From NCBI GenBank assembly GCA_028715625.1, contig JAQURL010000003.1, positions 5,533 through 69,532 on the forward strand: a DNA stretch of 64,000 nucleotides, in the 5' to 3' direction. The position numbers were made by a program, and so were the translations under genes. This document shows, in pieces, positions 1-8,757 of this stretch (position 1 is the stretch's first letter; each line of letters begins with the position of its first letter). The notes under the pieces were generated by a model. That model saw only the letters and a list, made by a program, of their open reading frames with translations. It did no database searches and was not told the origin of the DNA. The stretch comes from Candidatus Margulisiibacteriota bacterium. GTDB taxonomy: Bacteria; Margulisbacteria; Riflemargulisbacteria; GWF2-35-9.

Positions 1-53
1 AGAAGTATAGCAAAGCGAAAACAATATTTTCCTTAATATTCGCTGGTTTAATA

Positions 54-947
54 CTATGCATTTCTACGTCCTTTTTTCAAAAAGTATTCAGCAATATTAT
101 TAATAAAAAAAGATATTAAAAATAAATATAATCCTAAATTAAATAAAGCATAGTAATGATTTGTATCATAAGCTACCTCACCCATTTCTATGGCAATGGT
201 TGAAGTTAAAGTACGTACCGGATCAAAAATGGATTTAGCCAGAGCAGGTGCGTTGCCGCAGGCCATCAAAACCGCCATTGTCTCACCTATGGCCCGGCCC
301 ATGCCCAGCATTATAGCTGCAAGAATCCCTGAAGATGCAGCCGGCAGAGTTACCTTAAAAATAGTTTCCAGTTTGGTAGCTCCCAAAGCAAAGCTTGCCT
401 CCCGATAGTCTTTGGGTACACCATTAATAGCATCTTCAGAAAGAGTAATAATTGTAGGCAGTACCATTATCGACAAAAGCAATCCTCCGTTTAAAGCGTT
501 CAATCCATTTGCCAAATGGAAAATCCCGGCTATTAGCGGACCTACAAAAACCAGTCCGAAAAAGCCTATTACAACAGACGGAATACCGGCCAGCAATTCA
601 ATTACAGGTTTGATGAATATCTTCAAATTTCTGGGAGCGATTTCAGCAATAAAAACGGCAACCATTAATCCCAGAGGAATGGAAATGACCAGTGTTATCA
701 CTGTAACAAGCAAAGAACCCCAGACCAAAGCTAATATCCCGTAATATTCTCCACTCCAACCTTCGGGATTCCATTTGGCTGATAAAAACAAATCTGCTGG
801 TCGCATTTCTTTGAAAAAAGGCAGGCTTTCCTTAAAAAGAAAAATAAAGATACCAACAACAACCAGTATTGATATTGAGCTGGATAATTTGAATACCCAG
901 TTTGTCAGTTCATCAAACGCTTTATTTTTGTTGATCCTTAACTCCAT
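54..947 (-). CDS. pstC: Phosphate ABC transporter permease PstC
   Basis: 297 aa with multiple TM segments and the ABC permease EAA-type motif (EASFALGATKLETIFKVTLP). Lies directly downstream of pstS. Overlaps the pstS end by 26 nt. Confidence 0.8.
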   Translation of the reverse strand: MELRINKNKAFDELTNWVFKLSSSISILVVVGIFIFLFKESLPFFKEMRPADLFLSAKWNPEGWSGEYYGILALVWGSLLVTVITLVISIPLGLMVAVFIAEIAPRNLKIFIKPVIELLAGIPSVVIGFFGLVFVGPLIAGIFHLANGLNALNGGLLLSIMVLPTIITLSEDAINGVPKDYREASFALGATKLETIFKVTLPAASSGILAAIMLGMGRAIGETMAVLMACGNAPALAKSIFDPVRTLTSTIAIEMGEVAYDTNHYYALFNLGLYLFLISFFINNIAEYFLKKGRRNA

Positions 948-1815
948 AGAACCCTTCTCCTGTTACTATCTTTTGGCCCTGGACCGAAAGTTCAAAATTT
1001 ATAAAGTCTTGTACTGTTTTACCGGATTTTGCTGAAATATATTGGTTCAAACCTCTGGAAACAGGATATTTATTAGAAATAATGTTAGCCTCTACTAATG
1101 GACTGTATGCTATATCCCCCTGTTTTGCAGATACATTTAAAATTTTTAATCCCCGCAAAGGTTTATCATTTTCTGCCGCATAGGCTACGCCCACATATCC
1201 AATAGCCGCGGAATCATGACGAACAGCTTCAACAATCTGGGAGTTACCGTTCATCTGCAGCATTTTATCGGAATATTCACCTTTTAGAACATGTTCCCTG
1301 AAAAAACTAAAAGTTCCGGAGTTGCTCTGCCGGCCATAAAGTGTGATAACTTTATCCGGTCCACCTACTTGTTTCCAGTTAGTTATTTCGCCCCTGAAAA
1401 TAGCTCCGATCTTGTCCATTGGCAACTGATTAAGCGGATTGGAAGCATTAATAATCACAGAAAGTGCGTCTACGGCAATAATAATCTCTTTCACAGCAAT
1501 ACCCTTTTGTTTACACTGAGCCAGTTCCTTGGGCTGGATAAGACGTGATGAGTTGCAGATATCTGTTTTTTGATTAATCAAAGCACTTATACCGGTACCC
1601 GAACCCCCGCCGATTACAGAAATAGAAACTTTCGTATTCTGCTGCATATAAACCTCGGCTAACTTCTGTACCAAATTAACCATAGTGTCAGACCCTTTAA
1701 TCTGTATTGGTGTATTGGCTAACAAAATACCCCCGAACATAACTAAACCGACCCAGCGTATTAATATTTTTCTCATACGTTTCTCCTCTTCTCTGATTAA
1801 TCTTAAAATTAACAC
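922..1815 (-). CDS. pstS: Phosphate-binding protein PstS, copy 1 (first gene of the pstS-pstC operon)
   Basis: 297 aa with a signal peptide and the PstS motifs GSDT...GGGSGTG...YGRQSNSGTF. About 65% identical to the upstream paralogue. Confidence 0.9.
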   Translation of the reverse strand: MLILRLIREEEKRMRKILIRWVGLVMFGGILLANTPIQIKGSDTMVNLVQKLAEVYMQQNTKVSISVIGGGSGTGISALINQKTDICNSSRLIQPKELAQCKQKGIAVKEIIIAVDALSVIINASNPLNQLPMDKIGAIFRGEITNWKQVGGPDKVITLYGRQSNSGTFSFFREHVLKGEYSDKMLQMNGNSQIVEAVRHDSAAIGYVGVAYAAENDKPLRGLKILNVSAKQGDIAYSPLVEANIISNKYPVSRGLNQYISAKSGKTVQDFINFELSVQGQKIVTGEGFYGVKDQQK

Positions 1816-1836
1816 AATTTATTATCATCATACAAA

Positions 1837-1869
1837 AAAAATATTAAGCTTTCATTACGATTCTGTTAC
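1837..1869 (-). promoter_or_regulatory. Pho-box-like direct repeats upstream of pstS copy 1
   Basis: On the minus strand: GTAACAGAATC / GTAATGAAAGC / TTAATATTTTT. These are three 11-bp-phased repeats with a GTAA(C/T) core, 22-54 nt upstream of the pstS ATG, followed by a GATAAT -10-like hexamer. Phasing is PhoB/PhoP-like and a phoBR-like pair is encoded 3 kb away. Confidence 0.3.
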
Positions 1870-2117
1870 ATTATTAAATTCCCGGGCTAGTCCTGACTTT
1901 TCTTCAATTTTAAAAGATTTAATCAGCATAACAGGAAAATAATCTAAAACTGATAACTTTAACTTTTTATTAAATGACGCTTCAAAATCCGGTTCCTGAT
2001 TACTATTATCTTTATTAAAAAAAATTACCCAATCATTAATATCCATAAACTCACCTCCTACAATAAATTCTAGCAAGTGACTATTGCAATTTATTTACGA
2101 TAAGAAAATTTTCTGGA

Positions 2118-2158
2118 GAAGAAAAAATGAAGAGGAGGTGAAACTTTCTCCTCTTCAT
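2118..2158 (-). terminator. Rho-independent terminator after pstS copy 2
   Basis: Perfect 11-bp stem (ATGAAGAGGAG / CTCCTCTTCAT, 2127-2137 and 2148-2158) with a 10-nt loop. It is followed on the minus strand by TTTTTT, 18 nt after the pstS copy 2 stop. Confidence 0.65.
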
Positions 2159-2175
2159 TTTCAAGAAAGGAGTGT

Positions 2176-3075
2176 TTAGAAAAATTTTACTTTTGTATCA
2201 AACAATTTTTCATTTTTTTTCAAAAAATCCCCTTTTAACGGATAGAATCCTTCATCGGCAACAATCTTCTGGCCTTCGTCAGATAACTCAAATTGAATAA
2301 AAGTCTTGACCAGTCCTTTGGGTTTACCGCTCAAATACTGATTCAATCCTCTGACAATAGGATATTTGCCACTGTAGATCATATTCTCATCCAGCGGACT
2401 ATAAGTAATGCCCCCATTTGTAGCGGATACCTTAAGAATCTTCAAACCGTTCAGAGGTTTGGTGCCTCCTTTGGTAGCATAGGCTACGCCTACGTAACCG
2501 ATACCGCCCTCATCGTGCATAACTGCTTCCACAATCTGGGCATTACCGTTCATCTGGTTCATTTTATCCGAGTATTCACCGTTTAAAACATGTTCACGAA
2601 TAAAATCAAATGTCCCTGAACTGGGTTGTCTGCCATACAAAGTGATTATTTTATTAGGGCCACCAACGTCTGCCCAATTAGTTACATCTCCTTTATATAT
2701 TGCAGCAATCTGCTCCATGGAAAGAGAAGTAATAGGATTACTGTCATTTACAATAATTGACAAAGCATCGACAGCAATAACTACCTGCCTTACATCCATA
2801 CCTTTACTTTTGCATTTAGCCAATTCCTTATCTTTCATAAGCCTGGAAGCATCGGCAATATCTGTTTTACCATTAATTAGAGCCGCTATACCTGTACCTG
2901 AACCACCGCCAGATACTGAAATATTCGCGTCGGGATGTTTCTTCATATAAACTTCAGACAACTTTTGTACCAGATTAACCAGAGTATCAGAGCCTTTTAT
3001 CTGGACGGAATCCGCAAAACAACTCCCGAAGATAAAAGAGACAATCAGCACTTTATGTAAAAAACTTTTTTTCAT
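2176..3075 (-). CDS. pstS: Phosphate-binding protein PstS, copy 2 (paralogue)
   Basis: 299 aa with a signal peptide. Same PstS motifs as copy 1. Lies 12 nt downstream of the porin gene. Confidence 0.9.
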   Translation of the reverse strand: MKKSFLHKVLIVSFIFGSCFADSVQIKGSDTLVNLVQKLSEVYMKKHPDANISVSGGGSGTGIAALINGKTDIADASRLMKDKELAKCKSKGMDVRQVVIAVDALSIIVNDSNPITSLSMEQIAAIYKGDVTNWADVGGPNKIITLYGRQPSSGTFDFIREHVLNGEYSDKMNQMNGNAQIVEAVMHDEGGIGYVGVAYATKGGTKPLNGLKILKVSATNGGITYSPLDENMIYSGKYPIVRGLNQYLSGKPKGLVKTFIQFELSDEGQKIVADEGFYPLKGDFLKKNEKLFDTKVKFF

Positions 3076-3087
3076 TTTGTATCCTCC

Positions 3088-4044
3088 TTAAATTGATGTT
3101 TCAAAAGCTATACTGGTCGAACTTGACGCATTGTCCGACGTATCAGTTACTAACTCATAATGAGTGTACAGAGCAACTTTGTTGGAAATTTTGTACTTCA
3201 TCCCGCCGCTGATCTTGTTACTGATGTTAACTTTGTTGAAATCCAGTAATAGATTGGCGTAAAGCATTAAATCTCCGTTAAGATCATAGGTTAAATATGA
3301 TCCCAGATAACTTTTGGCTTTATTCTTTGATGTAAGATATGCTTTGGAAGCGTCATCGCTTAAATCCAGAAAAACTGTTTCTACTAATTTCAGAGCGTCA
3401 AAGTTCATGGTTAAGTCTCCATAAAGAGATAATCCACTAATATTTGCTCCGGAATAGTTGCTATCTGTACTGTAAATGGCTCCGAAACTATAATCAGAAC
3501 CGGATTTTACCATCATACCAAGGAATGTCTTGCTGGTGCTGTTGTTTAAATTATTAACATCCAGGAAAGATACATTACCAAGGTAGGTAAATTTTACATC
3601 ATAGTCCATTATAGGCAGATAATACGCAATTCCTGTCCCTTTATCTTTACAGAAAGTATAAAAAGAACCGTCGGCATATGGATGAGTTTCAGCATCAAGT
3701 ATTCCCATTCTTTGAAACCCCACTCTTAAAGCACCTGGGATAGCTTTCAACTCCGTATCAATATACAGATAGGCAGCTGACATAGCCACAGCAGTTGAAC
3801 TGGCCTGAAACTTTGTTTCCCAATACACTTTAGTATCATCGTTTTTTAAAGTTAGCCCCACGATTGTTTTAAATGACGATGCGTCATTAGGATAAACATT
3901 CGCTGCCTTCTCAGTAGCCCAACTGTTGTCATGGTCTCCATTTACGAAGAAACCGAATGAACTTTTTGCCTTACCGTCTATTTCCAGCGAAAAGCTGAAT
4001 ACTGTAAACAATAACAGTCCAACCAATAAACTAATTTTTTTCAT
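3088..4044 (-). CDS. Outer-membrane beta-barrel protein, putative phosphate-selective porin
   Basis: 318 aa. N-terminal signal peptide (MKKISLLVGLLLFTVFSFS). Alternating amphipathic beta-strand pattern rich in Y/S/G/T. Immediately upstream of, and apparently co-transcribed with, pstS. The phosphate-porin call rests on context only. Confidence 0.5.
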   Translation of the reverse strand: MKKISLLVGLLLFTVFSFSLEIDGKAKSSFGFFVNGDHDNSWATEKAANVYPNDASSFKTIVGLTLKNDDTKVYWETKFQASSTAVAMSAAYLYIDTELKAIPGALRVGFQRMGILDAETHPYADGSFYTFCKDKGTGIAYYLPIMDYDVKFTYLGNVSFLDVNNLNNSTSKTFLGMMVKSGSDYSFGAIYSTDSNYSGANISGLSLYGDLTMNFDALKLVETVFLDLSDDASKAYLTSKNKAKSYLGSYLTYDLNGDLMLYANLLLDFNKVNISNKISGGMKYKISNKVALYTHYELVTDTSDNASSSTSIAFETSI

Positions 4045-4220
4045 GTTTTATCTCCTTCCTAAAATTATTTACTCTTGAAAACTTGTTCACCTCCTTAATG
4101 TATTCTTGAAAAAAATTATAAAATGACTGTATTTCCGATCCATTACAGAATCATTAATGTTTAATGAAAAAATCAAAAACAATATATTAAATTCTCGCGA
4201 ATTATATTATATTTACACTT

Positions 4221-4814
4221 ATGACACTCTCAGCTTTATTCGGTTATCTGATATTTGCTTTTTTGACAACCATTACACCCGGACCTAATAATCTTGTGCT
4301 GTTTAATAATGGAAAAGTCTATGGCGTAAGGGCTTCTATAAACTTGATGACCGGTGTTATAACGGGTTTTTTCACTTTACTTTGTGTTACTGGATATGGA
4401 GTTGGCAGTCTTATTACACAGAATATCTATCTGGCAATGATCTTAAAAATAGCTGGCAGTTTCTGGCTGCTTTATCTGGGCTACAGTATGATGCATCTGA
4501 ATATAAATCCTGATATTACCTATAAAAATCTTGGATTAAAAGAAGGTTACCTGCTACAGTTTGTTAATCCCAAAGGCTGGATAATGGCCGTAAGTGGAGC
4601 CGGTGCTTTTATGCCTCACTTTGGAAATCTGCATGTCAATGTGCTCATTTTTGCGGGGATATTCGCTCTGGTAGGCATCCCCAGCATGTTATCCTGGGTA
4701 TATCTGGGAGATTCTATTTCCAGGCTCATCAAATCCAAAAAAGCTAATAAAATATTAGGATGGGGGTTGTTCCTGCTAATGATCTTAAGCGTTGTGATGA
4801 TCTGGCGGGAATGA
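4221..4814 (+). CDS. LysE/RhtB-family amino-acid exporter
   Basis: 197 aa, about 6 TM segments, N-terminal LysE-type signature (TPGPNNLVLFNNG). One of three plus-strand genes in the window. Confidence 0.8.
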   Translation: MTLSALFGYLIFAFLTTITPGPNNLVLFNNGKVYGVRASINLMTGVITGFFTLLCVTGYGVGSLITQNIYLAMILKIAGSFWLLYLGYSMMHLNINPDITYKNLGLKEGYLLQFVNPKGWIMAVSGAGAFMPHFGNLHVNVLIFAGIFALVGIPSMLSWVYLGDSISRLIKSKKANKILGWGLFLLMILSVVMIWRE

Positions 4815-4907
4815 TCTTTCTCTTTTTTAAACAACTGCCAAAAATTTTTACCAAGACAAGTCAGGTAATGGATGGGTCAAAAAATATCAGCGAACAGCTG
4901 GCTTGAA

Positions 4908-5621
4908 TTAAGCATTAAATCTGTAACCGATGCCCCTGACAGTCTGCACATATTCTCTATCCGTTAATTGTTCCAGTTTAGCCCTCAGTCTGCGGATATG
5001 CACATCTACAACCCGGTCATCCCCGTAAAAATCATGTCCCCACACCTGATACAAAAGCTGTCCCCGGGTAAATACCCTTCTGGGTTGACGGGCCATGGTC
5101 AAAAGTAAATCAAACTCAATTTTTGTTAAATGCAGCTCATTATTATTCAACACCACATCATGATTATTAATATTTATAGAAAGCCCTTCGAAATACAAAA
5201 GATTTTCTTTTTCATCAACATTTTGTTTAGTCTGAATTTTATTAACTTCAGTGCTCACTCTGCGCAGGTGCGCCTTAATTCTGGCCAGCATTTCTCTGAT
5301 GCTAAATGGTTTACAGATATAGTCATCTGCTCCCAGTTCCAAAGCCAGAACTTTGTCAAATTCCTCACCCTTGGCTGTGACCATGAATACAATAATTTGT
5401 TGTGTTGAAGGATTATTTTTTATTTGTTTGCAGACATCGAGACCGCTTATTTTAGGAAGCATCCAGTCCAGCAGCACCAGATCAGGCTTTTGCTTGTCCA
5501 CAAGCTCCAGAGCCGACTGACCGTCTTCCGCTACCAGAGCATTGTAACCGTTCTTCTCCAGGTTGAACTTTAGTAGTTCTATAATATCTTTTTCATCATC
5601 AACAATCAGGATCTTGGACAT
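4908..5621 (-). CDS. phoB: OmpR-family response regulator, PhoB-like
   Basis: 237 aa. Receiver domain (LIVDDE...D...KP) plus a winged-helix output domain (VHIRRLRAKLE...TVRGIGYRF). Directly downstream of the PhoR-like kinase and next to the pst genes. The gene symbol is inferred from context. Confidence 0.65.
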   Translation of the reverse strand: MSKILIVDDEKDIIELLKFNLEKNGYNALVAEDGQSALELVDKQKPDLVLLDWMLPKISGLDVCKQIKNNPSTQQIIVFMVTAKGEEFDKVLALELGADDYICKPFSIREMLARIKAHLRRVSTEVNKIQTKQNVDEKENLLYFEGLSININNHDVVLNNNELHLTKIEFDLLLTMARQPRRVFTRGQLLYQVWGHDFYGDDRVVDVHIRRLRAKLEQLTDREYVQTVRGIGYRFNA

Positions 5622-5675
5622 TTATCAATATTATAACATCTGATTATTACGGAATTATTACGATTAAATTAAGGC

Positions 5676-7094
5676 TCACACCAGCGGTAAACTGAAATAA
5701 AATCTGGAACCCTTGCCAACTATACTCTCAACCCCCGCTATACCCCCATATTTTTCCACAGTATTTTTGACAATAGCAAGGCCCAGACCTGTTCCTCCTG
5801 TATTTCTGGAACGTGTTTTATCCGGACGATAGAAACGTTCAAACAATCTGGGCAGATACTTTTTAGCAATACCCGGACCATGGTCCTGCACCGAAAAAAA
5901 AGCCTGTTGATCTTCTTTAGTCAAACTGATAGTAATTTTACCCTCAGGACAAAATTTCAAAGCATTATCAATATAATTCTGGAAAGCTGAATATATAGAT
6001 TCCCGGTTAGCAAGTACTTCCATTTTTTTATGGCTTGTATAAAATTCTATTCGCTTATTGGTCCTAAGGTCCAAATCTTCCATAAGTTCTTTCAAAATTT
6101 CAGTTAAATTTATCTTTTCATCATCAACTCTCCCGCTTTCTATTTTAGCCAGACTTAAAATGTCATTAACCAGCAAAGTTAGTCGTTCTACATTATCTTT
6201 GATAATCTGCAGAAATCGCCGATTATATTCAGGGTCATGCAAAGCTCCTGCTTCTAGGGTTTCTATAAATCCTGTAATAGCAGTCAATGGAGTTTTTAAT
6301 TCATGTGTTACATTTGCTATAAACTCTTTGCGCACATTTTCTAACTGTCTCAATTTTCCCAAATTTTGTTTTATTTGTCCGATCAGATCATTAAAAGAAG
6401 TTGTTAACATGGCTATTTCATCTTTTCCCGCTGATTGTTTATAACTTATATTTTCTTCCAGAGAAAAATTTTCAATGGTTTTGAGCAGCTTGTTTAAAGG
6501 GTCAGTCATGGTTTTCGTCAGTTTAAATACCATAAGAAGAATAACACCTGTGGCCAGAATATAGATAAGAAGCAGCCTTAGTATTGCATAATTTACCTGC
6601 TGTTTTATGTTGTCTACCGGCAATGAAGTGCGCACCGTCAAGCTGCCATTTTGCCTGGCTGCGTAAAGCATTGTCCTACGCAATGTCCGGCTTTTATGTA
6701 CATTTATTCCCAGTTTACCATTTTTAGCAGCCACAACTTCAGGGCGTTTACCGTGGTTTTCCATTAACAGGGGATTTTGTGAAGTGTCATAAATTACGGT
6801 ACCATCTTCAACAATAAGTGTTATCCTTATTCCAAAATTTTTGGCATATCGATTTAAGGTCTCTTTATTTACCTGGTTCAATGTAGATTCTATATAACGG
6901 ATATGTTTATCTAAAACATCTATATCCTTTGAAAAATAAGCGTGCTGAATACTATTATCTATCAGAAAAAAAGAAACAATAAAAAAAATAACAAAAAAAG
7001 ACGCGAATAGTAAAAAAAGCTTTTGGAAAAAACTTAAATTACTTAAGTATTTAATAAAATTATTTTTAATCTTATCAAAAAACATTTTAGTCAC
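5676..7094 (-). CDS. phoR: Sensor histidine kinase, PhoR-like
   Basis: 472 aa. N-terminal TM, a periplasmic segment, a second TM, HisKA (HELKTPLTAITGFIETL) and HATPase_c (GGTGLGLAIVK). The track start is GTG; an ATG 9 nt downstream is an alternative. Confidence 0.7.
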   Translation of the reverse strand: MTKMFFDKIKNNFIKYLSNLSFFQKLFLLFASFFVIFFIVSFFLIDNSIQHAYFSKDIDVLDKHIRYIESTLNQVNKETLNRYAKNFGIRITLIVEDGTVIYDTSQNPLLMENHGKRPEVVAAKNGKLGINVHKSRTLRRTMLYAARQNGSLTVRTSLPVDNIKQQVNYAILRLLLIYILATGVILLMVFKLTKTMTDPLNKLLKTIENFSLEENISYKQSAGKDEIAMLTTSFNDLIGQIKQNLGKLRQLENVRKEFIANVTHELKTPLTAITGFIETLEAGALHDPEYNRRFLQIIKDNVERLTLLVNDILSLAKIESGRVDDEKINLTEILKELMEDLDLRTNKRIEFYTSHKKMEVLANRESIYSAFQNYIDNALKFCPEGKITISLTKEDQQAFFSVQDHGPGIAKKYLPRLFERFYRPDKTRSRNTGGTGLGLAIVKNTVEKYGGIAGVESIVGKGSRFYFSLPLV

Positions 7095-7202
7095 TGCTTC
7101 ACATTCAAATTAATGATAGGCTGTCCTAAAATGGGACAAACGATCATTTCGTCCTGACTGCGCCAAGACGAATCGAAGTCGGGATGATAATATACTACTA
7201 TA

Positions 7203-8747
7203 TTATTTACCCGTAGCTTTAGGTATCACAGGCCCTTGCTGCTGCTGCGGTTTATCTTGCATCAACGGTACCTGCTGTTGCTGCCCGGCAGCTGCCGCAG
7301 CTTTAGCTTCTTTTTCTTTAATCTGCAATTCCTCTATTTTCCGACGTAAATCTTCTCTGGCGTTCTTGGATATCAGCTCCATATAATTATTCGAAACTGT
7401 TTCCATGATAAGCAAGTTGCTTCCGAACAATTTAACAACATTATCCACATAAGACCTGGCTTCACCCATCTTATTATTTTTACTATCAAAATCGATAATA
7501 GAAAAATATAAAATAGGATATTGATATTGAGGATTATATTTCTGCCAGATAATCCCTCTTTGTAAAACATTATATGCATCATCGTTATGCCCTATTTTTT
7601 CCTGCATACGGGCTATCTGAATATACATAAGCAAATTTTGAGGTTCATTAGCCAGAATTTTCTGATATTGAATAAGAGCGTTAGGATAATCTCTTTTTAC
7701 TCTGTACTCATAAGCTTTCAATGCAGGGTCAATGATTTCTATATTAGCTGAGTCAACCAGCGGTTTTAACCACCTGCGTACAGCCTCGCCCTGTTTCTCT
7801 TGCAATATCTGGTTTTCGATATCTTTTTCAGTCACTCCGGCAGGAATTTCCTTGTCTTTCCTTTCCAGGACCTGAATGATATGGTATCCGAATATTGTTT
7901 TTATAGGACCGGCGATATCTCCGGGCTTCATTTTGTATAACTGCTTCTCAAACTCCTGAACCATCTGGCCCCGGCTTATCCAACCAAGGTCGCCACCTTT
8001 ATCAGCGGTAAGTTTGTCGTCCGAATATTTCTTGGCAATTTCAGCAAATTTATCTCTGTTGGCCAGAACCATTTCATAAATGGATTCGGCCTTTTTAAGA
8101 GCTTTTATGTCGGAGCTGACATTACTTGCGTTTTGTGTTGTCTCTTCATCTTTTATCAAAATATGCCGGGCATGCACTTCTGTAAATGCCATCTTTTTGT
8201 CTATATCGGTTACAGTAGCTCTGGAAGAAATACCATTAACAAATTTAGCTACCATTATTTCTTCACGCTGTTCCTTTTTAAAGTCATTCCACGGTATTTT
8301 CCTTTCAATAAGGATCTTTTTCAATTCCCTTGCATTCTTCAACTGATACATTTTGGCAATCTGGTCTATCCTGTAATTTATTTCTTGAGGGAAAGCCCTT
8401 ATCCCCTGCTTCTTAGCTTCATCGAGCATTACCATAAAAGAAATTGTTTTCTGCAAAGCATCATAGCGATAAAAGTCGACTACATCCGGATCAAGGAGTA
8501 TCCTTCTGTCTGCCGGAACGGCCGAAAAAAATTGATTAAGCTGACGATAAAAACGGCTTTCATCCACGGGTTCGCCGTTAACCATGGCGATTTTAGATAT
8601 TTTGACATTTTCTTTTTTATTTCCGGACTTATTATTTCTATTAAAAAAGGAAAACGCACCGAAACTGAATAAAGACACAACAAATAATAAAACAGTCACC
8701 ATTACTATTTCTCTTGCTCTTGTTCTCATAAATTCTAACACTATCAA
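7203..8747 (-). CDS. Membrane-anchored PpiC (parvulin)-type peptidyl-prolyl isomerase / periplasmic chaperone (PpiD/SurA/PrsA-like)
   Basis: 514 aa. N-terminal TM anchor. Parvulin rotamase domain (GGDLGWISRGQMVQEFE...GYHIIQV). TPR-like C-terminal part and a Gln-rich tail (AAAAAGQQQQ...PQQQQ). Confidence 0.7.
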   Translation of the reverse strand: MIVLEFMRTRAREIVMVTVLLFVVSLFSFGAFSFFNRNNKSGNKKENVKISKIAMVNGEPVDESRFYRQLNQFFSAVPADRRILLDPDVVDFYRYDALQKTISFMVMLDEAKKQGIRAFPQEINYRIDQIAKMYQLKNARELKKILIERKIPWNDFKKEQREEIMVAKFVNGISSRATVTDIDKKMAFTEVHARHILIKDEETTQNASNVSSDIKALKKAESIYEMVLANRDKFAEIAKKYSDDKLTADKGGDLGWISRGQMVQEFEKQLYKMKPGDIAGPIKTIFGYHIIQVLERKDKEIPAGVTEKDIENQILQEKQGEAVRRWLKPLVDSANIEIIDPALKAYEYRVKRDYPNALIQYQKILANEPQNLLMYIQIARMQEKIGHNDDAYNVLQRGIIWQKYNPQYQYPILYFSIIDFDSKNNKMGEARSYVDNVVKLFGSNLLIMETVSNNYMELISKNAREDLRRKIEELQIKEKEAKAAAAAGQQQQVPLMQDKPQQQQGPVIPKATGK

Positions 8748-8757
8748 AACCTCCTTC

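Noticed and set aside
7130-7190. GC-rich patch with a TTCGATTCG T-loop-like motif considered as a tRNA or tRNA remnant
   Set aside because: Cannot be folded into a cloverleaf in either orientation (no acceptor stem or CCA, T-stem halves not complementary). Kept only as an unexplained structured element.
8133-8672. 179-aa plus-strand ORF
   Set aside because: Antisense within the PPIase gene, hydrophobic low-complexity with no motif. Spurious.
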